Assembly (NCBI GenBank): GCA_051294905.1 | Contig: CM119378.1 | Coordinates: forward strand, 3,286,001-3,350,000 | From: Botryllus schlosseri | Taxonomy: Eukaryota | Direction of reading: 5' to 3' | Length of the DNA: 64,000 nucleotides | Part shown: positions 11,794 to 24,100 of the stretch, piece by piece | How positions within the stretch are numbered: the stretch's first letter is position 1 | How the letters are laid out: every line of letters starts with the position of its first letter | The notes under the pieces: model-generated | Told to the model about the DNA's origin: nothing | Databases searched by the model: none | What the model saw: the letters and a program-made list of their open reading frames with translations, nothing else | Translations under genes and position numbers: made by a program

Positions 11794-13599
11794 TTATAGA
11801 GGCTATGGAAACATCATATGTTAAAGATCCTTCCAAACTACCAGCGATCAGTTATGATCCCCGCTCTTAATATCGATGGTTACGGTTGGGATACCGGGTA
11901 TGTGGGATATACGCTACGTGTCAGGGTCTCCGCACTGTACCCCATCGCCTTGATATTATAATTGGGCACCTGTTTAGTGTTTAACAACCCCATTCAAGAG
12001 CGAATGATTTCTGATGTCCAGGTATTAGAAATTAGGCCCTCTCTTCATCCTTCCAAAATTAAGACTCAGAATGCCAGACTTTCAAATTCAAAATTTAAAT
12101 CTGTTTCTACAGATGTCTGGTACCATCACTCCATACGACACGGACTTCATTATCCCATCTACGGGTAAAACCATTGGTAAAACCTCATATCGCCTGATAT
12201 TTCCGAACGGTTTGAGGGCGTCCTATAAGGTGTAACATCATTGAATACAGACATCGACGTAGCAAGACATGCAGAATAAGAATTGAAAACCAGTCTGACA
12301 CAGTCAATAGGCAACAGTTGTTTTTACCCTTCCCCGAGCCAGTCTGAGGGCTTCACTGGAGTACATGACACACTCAAATCATACATGGTTATGGTTGCTG
12401 GTAATAAGGCCCGATCAAGTAGTCGGCTGCGGTGGTAGCCTACGGCATGCGTAGTGGCGTACGCAGGGTAGGTTGGGGTTCGATATCGAAATCCCGCCCT
12501 TCTGAAATGTCAATTACATCTCCAATATTTTCATAAGCTGCTGTGTCTCGACCGAACAATACGATGACACTTCCCATTCATTACATTTTCGTTTTGTGTG
12601 AATATTAAGGTTGTTGTTTTAACATTCTGTTGATGCACAGTTCATTTTATGACTATAAGCGAAAATCTGGGGTTCCGCGAAGGCTTGCAGATTAACGTAT
12701 TCTATGTGTGTTACGCAGGTTAGTAAATGTTAAGAATCACTGGTCCAGTGAGATATCGATGGGATTCTCGTTTTTATTCCCACAAAATAACGGCGCTTAT
12801 CGCCTATTCTAGCGCAACGAAATTGGTCCGAGTGATTTTGTTTCTGATCTTTGATATTCATCTATGACCAGACCATGAGATAGGCGCCGACTTATATTTT
12901 TTTACGAGGTGGCGAGGTCTTGTGACGTCATAATTGCTCCATATCGATGACGTCATCGTTGCACAAAAACGTACTTTACTACATGCCGCTGGGGTGCATG
13001 TGTACGCAGCACCGTAACTGCCGCACCCCAAACCCCCCAATTGGGGGGGGGGCGAGCTCGATGGGGGGCCCAAAATTATTTCGTGAATTAGCATAAATCA
13101 TAGAGTAATTTTTGAAAATTTATGCAATTTTTTCAAAATTTTTTCGCGCTGCGCGCGAATTCAAGTAGCCATTTATATTTATTATTGGGTATTGGGCCAT
13201 TACTGCGCCACGACCCACCAAGACATGCAATCAAGTTTTAGGCCATATAACATGCGACTCCAAGAAGTGTGCCAGAACGATTGGTAGCGAGAAAAGCTTG
13301 GCCGAAAAGGTCTATGCCCTTATGCAGACCAAAGACTTCGCTATATATACAAAATACATATAGGTTTAATTGTCCATAGGCGCCTAACTGACTGGCGCCG
13401 AATGTTCCTGTCTTTGTAATCTGAACCTCACTAGACAAATCCCATCCCGCTGGGAAAAAATTTATGCCACTGAAGAAATACCAATTTGAAATCGTGTACG
13501 TCTCTTAGTTTAGAAGCCTACGTTTGGGCGGTTCTATATTTTTTTGATATAGCAGACTGGAAGTCACGAAATAACATCATGCAACGAAGTCATATCAAC

Positions 13600-14270
13600 G
13601 GTTCCGCCCGCCCGATGATGTTTAATGATTATTTACGGGCCCTCCCGTTTTCAAGACACTTCACTCAGCTCCACCGGTAAATCTAATTACGTGAGTAGAG
13701 AGGACAATAAATTGATAGCATATTATATATGCAATCGCCGATCTGATTGACCGATTTTATCATAAATTATCGAAAATTTTCGCGCTTCGCGCTGGCTCAC
13801 AATACAGTACAGGTAATTTCGTGACAAACGCGAACAACGTGATGGGTGGGGGGGGGGGGTCTCGTTATATCACCCTATGGGAGCCCAAGACCCACGTTTT
13901 TGGGGGTCTGACGAGGTGCTGTTTCGTTCCCGCCAACGGGTATACGCCCGAAGATGTTTAATTATTATTGAGTGGTCCTACCTTTTCAAACACACCTCAC
14001 TCAGCTCTACCGGCAAATCTGATTACGTGAGCAGAGAGAAGATAAAAATTGATAACAATGTATGCAATTCCCGATCATACTGACCGATGAAATAATGAAT
14101 TCTAGAACTTTTGCGCGCTTAGGCGACAAAAGCTGACCCTCTCTAAAGAAACTCCCAATGAATATGATGCATAGTGGTAAACAGTGTATCGGCGGAGGGG
14201 GGTCTGGGGGGCGAAGTTTTTTATTTTTTTTGGGGGGGGGGGGGCTGACGAAGTGCTATTACGGCCCTGG
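13600..14270. repeat. diverged ~340-bp tandem duplication with poly-G tracts
   Basis: cactcagctccaccggtaaatctaattacgtgag (~13662) vs cactcagctctaccggcaaatctgattacgtgag (~13998); G-runs at 13845-13860 and 14190-14245, each followed by ctgacgargtgct. Confidence 0.75.
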
Positions 14271-14939
14271 GTGTACGAGCACCGTTAAACCATTCCTGTG
14301 ACGTTTTAAACCCGGCCCTGCACTCATTTATATCAAACCATGCAGTCCCCAGTTATTAAATGGCATCTTAAACGGTACGATCATTCGAAAGTGTGACCAG
14401 TCCATCCCACCGAATGCATCGGAACAAAAATCCGATTTTACGTCACTCAGAATTCGGAGTTGCCTCAATGTTATTCACGCGCAATTCGCCGTGAATACAC
14501 TACGCACTGGCTGGTATGCTCGCAAATAGCACGCGACAACTCTCGAAAATATGACGTACCAAGCGGACAATAATGATGAATACAAAAGCGAAATCGCGCT
14601 GCCAATCAGTAATTGTCTCTTGCGGTTTCTGGCTTTGCTTTGAATAGCTCGCATCGCGGCGATTGTTTGCAGATTGAAATGAAACAACGATTTTGGCTTC
14701 ACGATTCACCTTCGCGAAAGTATCATGCGCCCAGCGCGAGGGAAATTTTAAGATTATTAAAATCCCTAAAAAATTCGGGAATCCGTGCACTAAATTTGCC
14801 TGTCGACGGCCGCCAACACTCTTCGATTTCAGGTGGTTCACATCTTGCTCGCCTTTTAGAACTCAAGCCAAGATACACATATTGTGATCGTTACGTTGAA
14901 GTACTAGCGAAAATCATTTCCGCACGTTAAAGGATGTTT

Positions 14940-15440
14940 GCTGCGATTCGATGTTATTCAAGTTTGCGATGTCGCTCTTTAATCAATATGATATAAAACA
15001 ATCACTAATCAGCGTAAACTAGACCACATCGTCTCCAGACCAGCGAGAGATAGGAGCCAAAGCATGCTAGGCTCGAGACGCGATAGCTAGGCCAGCGATG
15101 ACATCTTTCGCACCAGGCCTATTGCAGATGTTATTGTGTAGGCCTGCGATGATATCGTGCAAACCAGGCGCAAGCCGCCAAGGCAGATGCGTTTACCCGG
15201 GCAAGTGATGATATAGCGTGAACTGGGCCTATTGCAGATGCGATTGCTGTTCAGTGTTCAGTTGTAGCCAGCGGAACTTGACTTGTTCGAGACGCGATAA
15301 ATCAGGTTAGCGACGATTGCCACGCGCACGGGAATGAATGACCTAATTTAGCGACCATCTCGGCGGGAGATCGCATCACATACTCTTGCTAATTGACAAC
15401 ATGCTTCTCGCAAATCGGACGCGCGGAACACTATTAACAC
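14940..15440. mobile_element. interspersed repeat family C (ggcctattgcagat internal repeats)
   Basis: gccaaagcatgctaggc(t/c)cgagacg and repeated aggcctattgcagat shared with 36325-36870; inverted copy at 26601-27350. Confidence 0.7.
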
Positions 15441-15955
15441 AATTATTGAATTGCAACTGAATATTTGAGTTAGAATGGTCATTTCAAAATGACGGGATCT
15501 CGAGTTTCAAATAGGTGCGTCTGACCTTCGAAACCCCCCGTGGCTCTGCGCCTGACACACGCGCGACGCGCGTATGGTAATCGAAGAGGTCTCCAACGAG
15601 GTCGCATCGATTCGCCTGACTACCAATTAGTAATTTCTGGTCACAAATCACTTGAGCGTTTCAGCATTATGTACGAGGGGGCCGCCACCTCGTAACCTCG
15701 CAAGTTGGCGCCTATGGTCCATGACCAGGCCGTGTTATTTTTGGCATTTCAGGAGCTAGATGCCAAAACTGCCAAAAATAAAAATTTGAAAATGCCAAAA
15801 ATAAGCAATTTTTGGCATATGCCAAAAATAACACGGCCGGCCAAATAGTGTATTTCGTTCATGGTGTTGTGTTAACAGGACCGCGTTACAAGCGAGAAGA
15901 GCGTTTGTGAAAGGCAGGTTTCTTAATCTGGGTCCAGCCACCCATTAGAAGTGAA

Positions 15956-16298
15956 AGCATGGTGTCCTAAATGGTGTGGGCACAGCGAGATTGAACGGCT
16001 GACTGCATTTGGTTTACGTCATACTTTCCATTTGCCCAAAGGCAATTTTACGACCATTTTTGATGGCTTGTCGAGCACTAAATTTGATAAAACGGGTATC
16101 AATGATAAGCTGCCGCAGTACTGATTATTAAAATATAGATTATATTCTGCTCATGGAACTGGAACCTCAAAAATCAACCACGATTTTTGCATTGTGATCG
16201 AGTTGAACATTGTGACGCAAGAAACTGTCTGGCTATTTCTGAGCTGCATACCAGTGCATAGTCTCGCTTTGCCAGACAGTCTTGTTGCGTCAATGTTC
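15956..16298. repeat. diverged, truncated copy of the 7.2-kb palindromic element nested in the hAT
   Basis: 15956-16233 aligns along the whole 7203-7477 arm; 16271-16298 is the start of the opposite arm. Confidence 0.8.
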
Positions 16299-16300
16299 TT

Positions 16301-16741
16301 GAACAAGCTAACCTTCCCAGGACTCTTCCATGCGAGTTGGTAATATTACAGCCACCTGAAGTGACAAAAGTCCTCCAAAAATATATCGGTAGACTGAAGG
16401 AGAAATGATAGTCGGGCTACTAAATAGAATGTGTTGAGAGACAACACAGGAAACTCCTGGAAAAGGATAGGGAAGAAAATTCTTTCCGCGATGAGATCGA
16501 TGGCACTGGCGAAATGATCTCTTTTCATGATGCATGGTAGCCAGTTCGGCCCTCCAAAGATTTTGAAGCTCTGAAAACCTTTTGTGGGTGACTGGCAACA
16601 TTCTATCCCTCAACGTCTACTGTTGAAGCTGATATTTCCCAAATTCGCTGGGCGAGAAATGAATTTGGGAGAAACTTAGCTGACCTGAATTTGGAAGCAC
16701 TGTTACAGTGCAAACGATTTAAGTCTATTCAACAGCTATAA
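16301..16741 (+). pseudogene. C-terminal hAT transposase relic (dimerisation-domain region), 5 in-frame stops, no frameshift
   Basis: Manual translation: EQANLPRTLPCELVILQPPEVTKVLQKYIGRLKEK**SGY*IECVERQHRKLLEKDREENSFRDEIDGTGEMISFHDAW*PVRPSKDFEALKTFCG*LATFYPSTSTVEADISQIRWARNEFGRNLADLNLEALLQCKRFKSIQQL*. PSTSTVEADIS corresponds to the hATC P-S/T-xx-vE-xFS motif. Confidence 0.8.
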
Positions 16742-17230
16742 CAATCAGCTGTTGAGCGTGTTTGTTAGGCTTTTCTTTCCCTTTTTTTTGCTTACTGGCA
16801 CCAATTCCGATGGATACTGCACATTTTGTGGTTTCGTTTGATATTATTAACCTATGAAATCGTTAGGTTTTTTCTTCTTCTTATTGTTTGTTGGCACTGA
16901 TTATACGTGGATGCTGCACATTTTGTGGTGTCTTTTGACAAACTAGCCCAAATAAAGCGTTTTTGTGACTAATTCGAGGCTGAAACTATCTATTTGGAGC
17001 ACGATGCCAAAACTGCCAAAAATAAAAATCGAAAAATGCCAAAAATAAGTTATTTTTGGCAGTTTTGGCATATGCCAAAAATAACACGGCCTGTCCATGA
17101 CCAATGGTCTTAACCATTGACCAACTTCCAATCTTGGCTCCACCTTTCATAATCTTTCACTCAGTTAACTTCTCAGTACAAGACGACGTCACGTCACGTT
17201 CCCTCCAAAGTGCACAACACAGAGTCCGTA

Positions 17231-17504
17231 CACTCTGGCGAAAAGAGTGTGTATTCACACCCTACGGGTGGTACAGGTACAGGGAAACAACCTAATTCAG
17301 AATTACATCGCGGTTACAAATCCTTCGTGTCTACGTACAGTCGTACATTCGTCCCTGTACACACGCGTCATTTGCTGTGTTTGAATTACAACATGGTGTA
17401 AGTATGAGGTAGGTTCTTGTTTCGTGAACCAGGGTTGTATATTCACACCCATATATCACGAGTGGTTCACGGGTGTGAATACACACTTCTTCGCTAAGAC
17501 TGTG
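17231..17504. mobile_element. CAC-terminal MITE (CMC/EnSpm-like or Tc1-like), TA TSD
   Basis: Imperfect ~30-bp TIRs cactctggcgaaaagagtgtgtattcacacc / ggtgtgaatacacacttcttcgctaagactgtg, flanked by TA on both sides. Confidence 0.7.
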
Positions 17505-19518
17505 TAACACGCTGACCTGAACTTGGTCCTTTCACGGTAAAACATCAACACTTCACAATGATAGCAATTCGTTTCATTCGGTTCTTGAGCAGCATAACAG
17601 CGCCGGTCGATCGTGGGTTATCATAAACACTTATCATCGCCGCGAGCATTGGTATTGGGCAATGGGCATGGGCTGTGCATTCGAAGATCCTATATATCAG
17701 GGGTGGGTAGACCTGCTTCATGCGCGAGATGCATATCAAAAATCTTAGCTTTAAAAGAGCCACGACACAAAAAAATACTAATACTCTAATACTAATTTAT
17801 GACGTCATAAATTTTACAAGTCAATGCGACTTCATTTATCGATTTTAATATAGTAGCGCCATTTGCGATTTGAGCCCGAGAGCACAGATGCGAACAGCGG
17901 AGGAAAATGATGCACCCCATCACTGTTCCCTCCAAGCTGCGCGCGTGCGCAATTGCGCAATTGCGCAGTGCTGACTTGGTCTCTGCGCACAGAAAATCGA
18001 AGCTGCGCACTAAAAAGCCGGTGATGACTTTTTTGTCAACACCACAAAATTAACGAGAAAAGTGGGTAATTCGGCAGTCCTATCGAATTGATGACATGGG
18101 CTGAGAAAGGATAAATATTTGATTGTAATATATGAAACTACTAATATTAATGACGAAATTCATTCGCGAATCTGACATATCGCGCGTCGCGTGACCATAA
18201 CCAATCCCACTAACTATTCATTACATGGCCAATAGCGATTTCGATGCATATAGTAAGACGATTTGAAAAAGCTGACAAGTTAGTTCTGTGTTATATTTAT
18301 TACTCTAAACCACGGGAATACGATAAAAAAATATCGATCCGCAACGGGCTTAAAGCCGGACAAAGTGAATATCTCGATGCCTTATTGCCAGAAAAAGTCA
18401 CATTGCAACACTTCAGCATTGAAATCACTTTCATTCGAATGAATCACACAGTCGAGGGTTTACGTGTCGCACAGCGGAACGACACATATCAGTCGGCGTA
18501 ACGCAGAAATGATATATCTATGGACACGTCGCTCGAATACGATTTTCAACATCCGTAATGAGCATATAAGGTGGTCAAAGTAGCCAGCCTTGGTACTCTA
18601 TTATAAGAAGTAGGGATTTCAAGGATATGTCAAGCACTGCACATGGACTGTCACTGCAAATGGAAGTAGAAAATGTGCAAATGGAAGTAGAAAATGAAAT
18701 ATTTGAAAATTTCTAGTTTCAAAACAGTAGTTTCAAAATGTACATTTGGTTTAGGAGTCCCATTCTTTTTGCAGCAATCGCGGATGACTATACATTAGAA
18801 ATTGCAAGATGCATACCCCCTATCTAAACGAAAAACAACTAATGACACTGAATGTTAGCGCATGCGTGCGGCATTTCCTTGTTTTGTGTATTCCTTGTGT
18901 GTTCCAAGTTAACTAAACACACTGCTCAAATCTAATCATTATTAATCGGTGGTTTTCGTTCTTCGTATATATCCAATTGCAAGCTCGGTTATTTTGGTAA
19001 CTTTGCTGTAAAGACGGTTGACGATTCGCGGTTGAGCATTGTTATGAATCCTATACGTTGAGTCCCCTTTGCCTACTTTGTGCCATTATACTCAATCATT
19101 GTGGTAAATGGTTGCGTTTGATTTATACCGGCGTTACCGACCGTTCAGATTAGACAGGGTTCTGCGCCTATACTCGCCACACGATCATTTTGCATGCCAC
19201 GCAGAAACACTAAAAACGGAGGCAAGCTTCGAAAGTATATTCCCAGTTACCGAGACACGGCGGTTATTTCACGGGGTTTCATTCGCAAAAGTGAATCAAA
19301 CTTATCCCAAAATTGTAATATTTCTTATAACTGTTAAAAAAAAAGTGGAATTTAAGTTCAAATACGTAGCCACTTAGGTATGTTATACAAGGATAGGCAA
19401 AACATATAATTTATTACTCCTGAAAATAGAAGTACTTCGCTACTGACCACTCCCGGTAATAAGTATTAGCCTATCGGAATTAAATTGATAAAATCTGACA
19501 CAAACGGTCGGTTGTGAC

Positions 19519-20032
19519 TAGGGCTGGGCATAATGATTCGAGTACTCGAATCTGAATCCAGTATTAATTTGGATGATTCGAGTCGAGTAGTAAAACACAA
19601 TTTTTTCGAGTACTGAAATTATACGCTCCTCGCAACTGAAAGTTAATTTACTAACGAGAATTATAGTTTTGACACTATTTTCCACTGAGGAAGCCTGAAA
19701 TCTTGATTGGCCGTGTCGCAGCATACGAGACATAGCACAAAGCTGCGAACGTTACTGGAAATATCACATTTCCGAAGTCATGATCAACCCGCAACATTGT
19801 CCAGAAGTGCAATGAAATCGTTATGGTTGAAAAAATACCAAAGTATCTTTAATGTGATGGATAACATGCGTTATGTTCTTTGTAGTGGCATAAAAGGTAC
19901 ATATTTGAACTTTAACACAGTACATGTTGTTGTGACGTCATAATGAGTGATACTCGAATACTCGACTCGACTCGAAGCATAATACGTGATTCAGAATCGA
20001 ATCACTCAGGTACTCGATTTTGCCCAGCCCTA
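19519..20032. mobile_element. hAT (Ac-type) MITE, TAGGGCTGGGCA TIRs
   Basis: Perfect 12-bp TIR; perfect TSD gttgtgac; subterminal CTCGA repeats. Confidence 0.92.
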
Positions 20033-21166
20033 GTTGTGACCTATCTTAATCATTTATATTTACACATATTCTCTTATGAGCATGTGCAGCATTGGTAAAA
20101 AATTATATGATACTAAGAGTGTCCATGCAATGTCCACCATTGACCAGCCAGAATTAACACATCCACATATGGTAGATAACGGAGCGTTTCCGGCAATAGG
20201 CCATGCTCTCCGTTCCGGATCCGCAATGTGACCACAATGTGCAATTGAGAACATAATAAATCCATTATGTCGGTGAAACAGCTTGTCTTAACAACACCCC
20301 ACGCTCTTTACAATACGTTAATGATAACCAGCTGGACGGCCTGAACAAATCAACGAGGTTCCAGGTTGGAAGTACATATGATATAACCCTTTAATTTCAT
20401 CATTTTGTCAAATAAATAGGTGGATCAATGACTCTGCCAAATACTCTATGCTTCTGACATTACACGAATCAGTTGGACATAAGAAATCAAATATCCACGA
20501 CTCTACAGCTCCAGACATGAGGACACGGATGTCAAGTCACACGAACGCGACGCTGTAGAAGGCCACGTACATAGATCAGCTGGTCGTGTGCTCCAAATTT
20601 CACGAGAATAATGAGCCTGCCAACGCCGGGCACTTGTCGAAAAAGTATACGTTGAGGCAATATCGCGATCGATAATCTCGACACCAACGGACGTGTCTTT
20701 ACGCGAATTTTTAAGCGTCGATGATCCTTGTGTGGCACCAAGTACGCTATTGACCGTGCGCTCAGTCATTACTGAAAAACGCCACATGAACCGTAACGTC
20801 ACGAAACTGATTGCATGTTACGTTTTGATTGGTCCAACGTATCTTTCTCTGTATTTTCCGGGACTAAAGGGGCATGATTCGACTTTTGGGGTCTTTTTAA
20901 ACGGGGCTTTCACAGCGACAAGATCAAATTTTGTAACGAGTCAAGACTGGAATTAAGGATAAGGTGGGTACAGAAAACAAAAGACGAAAATCTGTATGCC
21001 TAAATTCGAGTAGAGATATACGAAGTGTTGTCAAGGTGTTAAATGTAGGCAAAAGAATGAAGTAAGCCATTGCAAGCAAGCTACTGAATTCGGACTTATG
21101 TTTGCATCGTTTGCATCCGGCGCGAGCCGGAGATTGTAACTTCTCTTTTTATTGTTCTTAGGAATC

Positions 21167-24100
21167 ATGAACCGAATTATTGTGGCTTTACTTCTTGGGT
21201 TTACCCTTTTGACTATTCACATGGCAAACGCACAGGACGGAGAAGCGTGAGTGTTGTTACTTCCTACCAATTACGTTTAATAGTCACCGGATCATGTACA
21301 ATGAACATTGGTCATTATATCAGTAAATCCGCTAGCGTGATAAGGTTTTTAATGGTGTCAACGTATGTTGTCAACTAGTGTGATTCTCTCGTCGATTTTG
21401 ATATAATGTCCTCGTAAGGGATCATAGAGTTCCTAAAACGCGAAAGATTATTATAATTTATTAACGATTTCCAACAAATAAGATACGAACGCGCCCAACG
21501 GAGATTAGCGGTCTTTTATATCGTTCATCCTTTATCGTTTATAGTTGGCTCAACTGATAAATTTAGGATTGCTGATAATTTTGATGATATCAATTGGCAA
21601 ATTGGTGAAATTTATCAGGTGGTAAATGTAGCTAGACACCAAGTATCGTTACAAGTTATAGGGCATAGCAACTGGTGAACGTAGATAGTGTGTCTTCCTG
21701 ATATCGTTGGAAAGGGCTGAATACCAGTGTCAATGATGCTTTTTACAGGAAAATATTACATCAACATATAAAATTTGGATAGGCCCCTGTCCACATTACT
21801 ATGTATTTGCTCATTACCGAAAGCCAAATATTATATTTGAAAAACTTTCCCCTTACTTGCAGAGAGGAAGCGACTGTGGAAGTCGGTACGAATGCACGTT
21901 TGATTTTGTCATCGCATGTTTGCATCTCGTATAATATGCATGGGGATATATATCTTAATTCATCTCATATCGCATGTAGCATTCCTGTTTACTAAACATA
22001 TAGGATTTTTCAAATCTTTCTAATGAGATTTAGGATCGTCGCATTTATTCCTTATATTCTTCATGTTCATACAGTTATAATCATCTTTCAACATTCCACA
22101 TAGATGTTTTGCTCGCTTCGACGTACCATTTTAGCGTTGAACACAGATCATCATCGTTATTAACAATATTCATGCTGCTTTCACCATTTCATTTCATCAA
22201 ATCCCGCGCTACCACACCATTCGTCGATTGAGCAGTGTTGCTAAACGCTTATCGTCGTATTGGGCCGGACGTGCAAGACAGCATCGCGCCATCAAAACAC
22301 ACCAAGCTCTCTTGAATAGAAGGAGACGCGCTAGAAGAGCCAGGTCCCTCCCACCATGGATCAAGTACAGTAAGGAGAAATAAGGCTTTTGACCAATCGC
22401 GTAATTTCTAGCCAATCTGCCCAGCCCTATTATCAAATTGCAGACACCAGAAATTTCGGCTCTATGATAATTACGGTTCTTGCCATCTTAACAAGGGATC
22501 AATAGTCTAAGAATCGATACAGCGAGCTAATTGAAAGTGCTGAGAATATTAAAACTGATGAAAGTCCTTGTGATTTATTGCTAAATTTGTATAACATCCA
22601 GATGTGGTCAATGCAGTTGTCGTTGGCACTCAAATAAAAGTGTCATCGTAAATTTCTACTCATGCACAAGTCGAAGTAGCGTTTCCCAAGTAAGTAAATA
22701 CGGAAGTATTCTAGGCTTAGTTTTACCTGAAAAATAAAAACTTTTGGAAGGAAGTGGAAGTTCTTGGAAACACTGAAGAGTAGGCAAAACCTACTCAAGT
22801 ATTCCGAAGTACGTCGTTAATGACCACACCTGCTAATATGCCTTCCAAGTTTGCTTCTGTATAAATATGTAATATGGAAACCGGGACCGTCGCCAATGTA
22901 CCTCACTAACCGCTATAGTCGAGAGATTACCATTTCAAAGACAGCAATAAGATATTCAACTGGTAGATTTTATTTTGTAGTCTCGCCTCACTGCTTCGCC
23001 TTACGTCATGTCCGTCATCATCATCATCACCTGAAACCGTAGTCTGGTAAAGTACACATCTCATCGAATCGGCATCCGATGCACACCATCGGCATCATTT
23101 CGGAAATATTATCATCATTCCATCCGTCTTTCATGTCCTCGTGCACTATTCTCCGTGAAGTATCTCAATATTCGCATATGACTCAAATTAGCAACGACGA
23201 AAACATGGATTTCCATTCGAATCGGATCTTTCATCAATTGTGATAGAGTACCGGTACAAGGAAGGTAGCCGGCACTTGACAACACATAACGAGACCTTGC
23301 TTGTTTCGGACAATATGATTAAATATCAAGTGGGTTAGTGTCACTCCGATGTATTGGTATTTATATACGGGACTCAAATCGTGATGCAAAAGGCCTTTGA
23401 TGATAGCAAGTTTCACTCCAGTGGCTAATTAAAAAACATCAGTGTCGATTCTATTCTGTATTCGAACGTACGGCAAAGAATAGTGCACGGTAACAGAGAG
23501 ACCCGATATGGAGTAACAGAAAGCGCTCAAATATGACTTCTATGATGATGATGATGGCAGAGGCTGAAGCTCCAGCGGATGACGAAGGCGAAGCAGTTCC
23601 GACTGAAGGAGAAGGCGAAGGGGTTGAACTAACGACTGAGGGTGATGAATCTGATTCAGAGCAACCGGGAGCTAACGGACAGAGGACTCTCACTTTGGAA
23701 GATATGAAACTGTGGTCGAGCATTGATCTTGACAAGAACGGAAAACTCACCATTGCAGAATTCGACAGGTATTTTTGAAGATATTTTAAGCAATATTGGG
23801 GATACTTATCGCGTCCTGAAATTCGTCAGGCTTCCCGCAAACGAACCTTCGAAGTTGGTGGGGTGATACTTTAAGTAAGCTGATGTCAGCTGTAGTATGA
23901 AATGTCAATCTAGCGATTATCGAGAACTCAGTTTCTTGCATATACTCTTGAGGTCCGACTATTTCAAGAACGCCGATCGTCTGAATAAAAACTAGCGACA
24001 ACCTGATGACTCTGGAATAATCCTCGTGCGAAATCTTATCCAACGTTGTGCGCCACGATTGACAGTTTTAATCAGACAACTGGCATTCTCGCGGATAAGC

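Larger units (their letters stand above)
15726..17093 (+). mobile_element. internally deleted hAT element (1368 bp) carrying a transposase relic
   Basis: Perfect 22-bp TIR caggccgtgttatttttggcat; perfect 8-bp TSD tccatgac (15718-15725 / 17094-17101); subterminal TGCCAAAAATAA repeats at both ends. Confidence 0.93.

Noticed and set aside
23533-23560. Poly-Met start (MTSMMMMM) as an independent gene start
   Set aside because: It gives no signal peptide for an RDEL protein. It is a (GAT/ATG)n microsatellite that is either intronic (acceptor 23560), spliced in via 23519, or an Asp tract offset by one base; unresolved.
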